DNA from: an uncultured Gammaproteobacteria bacterium
GTDB lineage: Bacteria; Patescibacteriota; Microgenomatia; Levybacterales; GWA1-39-11
Length of the DNA stretch: 64,000 bases
Reading direction: 5' to 3'
Assembly (NCBI GenBank): GCA_964472415.1
Contig: CAYYLC010000004.1
Location: forward strand, 33,110 to 97,109
Shown: one piece after another, positions 60,038 through 64,000 of the stretch
Numbering within the stretch: position 1 is the stretch's first letter
How the letters are laid out: the number at the start of each line of letters is the position of its first letter
The notes under the pieces: generated by a model
What the model was told of the DNA's origin: nothing
The model's input: the letters and a program-made list of their open reading frames with translations, nothing else
Database searches by the model: none
Position numbers and translations under genes: made by a program

Positions 60038-61042
60038 CTAATAATATGTTTCATCATCTTCAAACCCTATTGCTCGTCTTCCATATTTTTCAGGATTTTT
60101 ATCTTCTAACTCTTTCATCGCATCATACAGTTGCCCCACATTGAGAAATCGCTCTGGGTATTTTTCCAAATAAGCTTCTGTAACCCTCAGAGCATCCTGT
60201 AATTCCATAAGATTAATTCGTGTCTCAGCATCAAAAGTATTGAGCTGTTTGTTATGGAGATGCCGGATAAAATTATATACTCTCCCAACCTCACTAGGAA
60301 TCTCCATGCGAGCCCACGATACCTCATCAATCCGTGCACCAGTAGGATTGATATTTATTTGCTCATGGACTTTTTGGATCTGATCTTTTACTGTATCTGT
60401 CTGAATTCTCCCGAGCTCTTTTTCAAGATTAAACTTTTCCGTCAAACTCCCTGCTTGTTTTTCCTTCACAGATTCATCCCACTGCTTTGCATACCGTTCA
60501 TTCGTACGCTCTTCTTGCTCTAATTCTATTTTTTTACAAGCATCCATAAACTTCTCGCCCCTCTCACTCCCTTCCCATAATTGCGCTGCTGCGTAAATCA
60601 CTTTTTTATTAGGAACCCTCCGAATATTTCCAGATTCATGCTTCACCAACGTATGTGCGTACATAATGCTCAAAAAATCATACATACCATCGCGATCAGT
60701 TGTATAAATCTGAAGCCTTGAGCTCCCTTTATTCGATGCTTTTGCATCAAACAGCTCGTAATCCTCAAACTTCCTAATCAAATGCCGCATCAAAGATTCA
60801 GATCCTCTCTGAGATTCTGGGAGAACATTGAAATTACTATACAGATCATCCTCTAACTCTTTCACTGTAGGAATCATACAAACAACGTCTGGTGAAGCAT
60901 ATTGGAACTTTTCCTCAGCACCCTGTATAAAATCTCGAAAATTCTTATCTTGAACAGTATCAAATTCATTTGATCCCTGCTCTCCACCCTGCTGCAGCTC
61001 TGTTTGAAAATTTTTATCTTGAAATGATCGTTCGCGCTCCAT
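60038..61042 (-). CDS. hypothetical cytoplasmic protein
   Basis: 334-aa charged ORF with no recognised motif. Confidence 0.4.
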   Translation of the reverse strand: MERERSFQDKNFQTELQQGGEQGSNEFDTVQDKNFRDFIQGAEEKFQYASPDVVCMIPTVKELEDDLYSNFNVLPESQRGSESLMRHLIRKFEDYELFDAKASNKGSSRLQIYTTDRDGMYDFLSIMYAHTLVKHESGNIRRVPNKKVIYAAAQLWEGSERGEKFMDACKKIELEQEERTNERYAKQWDESVKEKQAGSLTEKFNLEKELGRIQTDTVKDQIQKVHEQININPTGARIDEVSWARMEIPSEVGRVYNFIRHLHNKQLNTFDAETRINLMELQDALRVTEAYLEKYPERFLNVGQLYDAMKELEDKNPEKYGRRAIGFEDDETYY

Positions 61043-61261
61043 AGGTACGTATTATACAAAATTAAAGCAGTATGGAAAAGTCACGACGTCACCCTCTATA
61101 TATCATCTCACAAATTTGTTATAATATAGGATAACTTTTGTGTGGGCAAGAATTTGCTTTTTTGCTATTCACGAGAGGAAACATTCGATCTAGTTCTTTA
61201 AAAAGGAGGAAAAACGATTTAAATCAAATCGGTCCGAATAAGGTTCAAAAGGAGAAGAGAG

Positions 61262-62572
61262 ATGGAGCAACTTAAATCCATCAAACAAGAACTTATCATT
61301 GTCGGAATCGGAATCTTAGGAATATTTGCCATAATTATTGGTACTATCCCTACAAACATCAGCGCACAAGGGGAAACGAATCTCCGGGTCCCGAAAGAAC
61401 TCGTGGTTACTCCAGGAGAACATGATACTGTCTATGTTTATGAGCTCTCATTCAGGTGGAATCTTTTCACCTGGTATGGGATTGACCAAACACCAGACGA
61501 GGCGCTTGCGACAAGCACAATGGAGAACGGGACAGATCCTGAATCTGTCATCACTGCTATCTATAGCTTTGATGCAGCAACACAAAGTTGGAAAGGGTAT
61601 TTTCCCCGGATGGATCACATCCCTGGGGCAAATGATCTCGAACTCCTCGAGAAGGGAAAAGGATACTTTATCGCTATTCATGAAGTATTCGATACAAAAA
61701 ACGATACAGATATCCTCTGGGGAGTTTGGTCAAATCCAATTGAGAAAACTCCTACACCCACAGAAACCATAGCGGAAACCCCGAGTGCAACAATCACAGA
61801 AACAGTTACTCAGGAGCCGACTTCAACACCAACACCGACACCGACAAGAACAGTTACGAATACACCAACCGTAACGCCAACAATGACAGCAACAATAACG
61901 GCAACCACAACACCGACACCAAGCCCTACAAACACCGTAACACCAACACCAACACCAACACCAACACCAACACCAACTCATACTCAGGAGCCGACTTCAA
62001 CACCAACACCAACACCGACAAGAACAGTTACGAATACACCAACCGTAACGCCAACAATGACAGCAACAATAACGGCAACCACAACACCGACACCAAGCCC
62101 TACAAACACCGTAACACCAACACCAACTAATACTCAGGAGCCGACTTCAACACCAACACCGAACTGTGAACGACTTGGGGGATCTACGTATACGGGTAAC
62201 TTCATCAATGAGCCACCGGATGCGCAAGATGTTTTCGTAACTCACCGACGCCCTTGCCAAGGGGATATAGTAACAGTGCGTGCGACGTTCAGCCCCGACT
62301 CACCAATTTCCGGTATGTATTTCAGATTTGCATTGGGAGATGAGTCTGAGGGACGATCAATGTCATGCATGGGAAAATATCCTATGCAAAACGTCGGGAA
62401 TAATGTATGGGAAGCAACGGTAGCCTATACGCAAACTGCACGCTATGCATTCGGCTATCAAATAGTAGCTGCAAATCCAGAGGGCAATATTGCCTTTACA
62501 GAACTTTCAACAGGAGGTAGCGGGGGATATTTCAATTACTCTAGCTGCAAGAATCCACCGGACGCACCATAA
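61262..62572 (+). CDS. membrane-anchored secreted protein with Thr/Pro-rich tandem repeats and Cys-containing C-terminal domain
   Basis: N-terminal TM helix, then a (TPTP)n linker carrying a perfect ~49-aa duplication. The C-terminal domain has 6 Cys. Confidence 0.45.
   Translation: MEQLKSIKQELIIVGIGILGIFAIIIGTIPTNISAQGETNLRVPKELVVTPGEHDTVYVYELSFRWNLFTWYGIDQTPDEALATSTMENGTDPESVITAIYSFDAATQSWKGYFPRMDHIPGANDLELLEKGKGYFIAIHEVFDTKNDTDILWGVWSNPIEKTPTPTETIAETPSATITETVTQEPTSTPTPTPTRTVTNTPTVTPTMTATITATTTPTPSPTNTVTPTPTPTPTPTPTHTQEPTSTPTPTPTRTVTNTPTVTPTMTATITATTTPTPSPTNTVTPTPTNTQEPTSTPTPNCERLGGSTYTGNFINEPPDAQDVFVTHRRPCQGDIVTVRATFSPDSPISGMYFRFALGDESEGRSMSCMGKYPMQNVGNNVWEATVAYTQTARYAFGYQIVAANPEGNIAFTELSTGGSGGYFNYSSCKNPPDAP
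61806..62165. repeat. intragenic tandem repeat (~150-170 bp unit, ~2.2 copies) encoding the TP-rich linker
   Basis: 'actcaggagccgacttcaacaccaacacc...caaacaccgtaacaccaacaccaac' is repeated near-identically. A third partial copy starts at ~62133. Confidence 0.7.
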
Positions 62573-62805
62573 ATAATCGTGCCTAGATCGAAACCTTTTG
62601 TGCTGGATGGGAGTCTTCCTCCCCTCCAGCACACTACTCTACCAAAATCTCAATAAAAATATCCATTAAAACAAGACTCCAAATAGAATGTTAAAAATCT
62701 TAATCGAAAGGGGCGCTCTATATCTGAAATCCACATGAAGCATCCCCCATATATAGCCAGAAGATGCAAAAATATCACTACTTATACGGATAATTTCAAA
62801 AACTA

Positions 62806-64000
62806 CTACAAACCACTAATGCCCAATATAGTTAAGGAGTCTGAAAATATTGCTGCCACATACGCATAGCCACCTGAAACATGTACAACTTGAGGCCCAT
62901 TCATATTTGTACTGTCAGTATATGAGTCCTTAACTACTGGACTAGCAGGATTTGTAATATCTATAAGGATGAGGCTATCCGAACTGCTACTGGCTATGTA
63001 TGCATAATTTCCAGAGGTATATATTGAAGTTACACCGCCACCAGAGCCAAAATTTGAAGAAGGGATTTCAGATACTTTTACAGGACTTGTAGGGTTTGAG
63101 ATGTCTGCAATGATAAAGTCCCCAACAAGATATTCTCCTAAATACAAATAGTTCCCATCTATATGAAGATTTTGAAATCCAAGACCAATTGAAGGCATGG
63201 CATCTGCTGACACAATACTTGGTGATGCTGGATTTGAAATATCGATAATTGAAAGATTGCTACTATTCATGCTTATTACATACGCATAATTCCCTGAAAC
63301 AACTACATTGCTGGGTGCATTAAGATTTGTAGAGTCAATTACTGATCCAACAATGGTAGGATTTGCTGGGTTTGAGATGTCAATAACTACGAGAGAATCG
63401 CTGCCTTGAGCCGTCATATACGCATAATTCCCTGAAACATATACAGAATTAGCAAAATCCAAGCGTGTAGAATCGGCAACTGATCCAACAATGGTAGGAT
63501 TTGCTGGGTTTGAGATGTTAATAACTGAAAGAGAATCACTCGTTCTCCCCGCAACATACGCATAATTCCCTGAAACAGCTAAACCGTCAGGCCACAGCGT
63601 AGGGTCAGTCATTGATCCAACAATGGTAGGATTTGCTGGGTTTGAGATGTCAATAACTGAAAGAGACTGGCTATTTAAACTCGTAACATACGCATAACTC
63701 CCTGAGGCTACTACGTCATTGGCTCCATCAAGATTTGTAGAGTCGATTAATGATCCTGCAAGTACTATTTCAGCGCAGGAATTTGTAAGAGAATACGCAT
63801 TATCATCACAATCAAGCACTGGATTATTTACTATTCGAGAATAATAATTATAGTTCGTACTTATTGTATTCCGCCTTGCACCACCCTCAGGCTGTGCACC
63901 CACATACTGCTCACTGTTTGCAATATATCCATCACCGTCAGCATCAATAACCCAAATAGCGCCAGATCGCAAAGAACCTGCAGGAGACACCGTGATATAG
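62806..64000 (-). CDS. LVIVD-repeat surface protein, C-terminal part (N-terminus beyond window end)
   Basis: Repeats 'SGNYAYV...SDSL.VIDISNPANPTIVGS' (at least 7 copies). The ORF runs to the window edge. Confidence 0.5.
   Translation of the reverse strand, partial: YITVSPAGSLRSGAIWVIDADGDGYIANSEQYVGAQPEGGARRNTISTNYNYYSRIVNNPVLDCDDNAYSLTNSCAEIVLAGSLIDSTNLDGANDVVASGSYAYVTSLNSQSLSVIDISNPANPTIVGSMTDPTLWPDGLAVSGNYAYVAGRTSDSLSVINISNPANPTIVGSVADSTRLDFANSVYVSGNYAYMTAQGSDSLVVIDISNPANPTIVGSVIDSTNLNAPSNVVVSGNYAYVISMNSSNLSIIDISNPASPSIVSADAMPSIGLGFQNLHIDGNYLYLGEYLVGDFIIADISNPTSPVKVSEIPSSNFGSGGGVTSIYTSGNYAYIASSSSDSLILIDITNPASPVVKDSYTDSTNMNGPQVVHVSGGYAYVAAIFSDSLTILGISGL

Noticed and set aside
1-64000. Search for CRISPR arrays, rRNA genes, reverse transcriptase and classic restriction-modification or defence genes.
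   Set aside because: No regularly spaced 25-40-bp direct repeats, no rRNA-like conserved blocks and no RT, methyltransferase or nuclease motifs were seen. The repeated sequences found are intragenic coding repeats or paralogs.

Overview
This is a low-GC (~35%) bacterial chromosomal segment. Its gene content and style (many small hypothetical proteins, giant surface proteins, glycolysis and cell-wall lipid-carrier genes, a split ComEC) resemble a small-genome Patescibacteria/CPR-like or other Gram-positive-type organism; that assignment is inference. Standard code 11 fits, since multi-kb ORFs are closed by canonical stops.

Housekeeping content:
- Translation and core genes: rplK (3' end), rplA, rpmG, leuS, era, rnhB, pgk, class II aldolase, mreB.
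- Cell-wall carrier genes: uppS, uppP, a WecB/TagA glycosyltransferase, a PAP2 phosphatase, an acyltransferase-3.
- DNA uptake: comEA and comEC, with ComEC split into channel and MBL ORFs.
- Regulation: a sensor kinase and a CheY-like receiver, a TrpR/YerC-like protein, a tandem LuxR-HTH protein.
- Five tRNAs found by eye: Trp-CCA, Thr-GGU, Tyr-GUA, Thr-UGU, Thr-CGU.

Accessory content:
1. Two loci pairing secreted proteins that have a WxL-like C-terminal domain with signal-peptide plus C-terminal-TM proteins resembling DUF916/DUF3324. This is the Csc/WxL cell-surface-complex architecture of Firmicutes. The first locus carries a recent gene-conversion tract between its paralogs.
2. A 2160-aa protein whose N-terminus is a tandem pair of tyrosine-recombinase core-binding (SAM-like) domains, followed by one TM helix and a very large extracellular LVIVD beta-propeller region. 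A second LVIVD protein runs off the window end.
3. A compositionally distinct (~48-50% GC) ~3 kb island between two tRNA-Thr genes. It carries only small minus-strand hypothetical ORFs and a GC-rich, terminator-capped structured segment.
4. A candidate Xis-HTH/PIN toxin-antitoxin pair with a tandem operator-like repeat.
5. An IS200/IS605-like Y1 (HUH) transposase homolog next to an Xis-type HTH gene.

No CRISPR array, rRNA or reverse transcriptase is visible.
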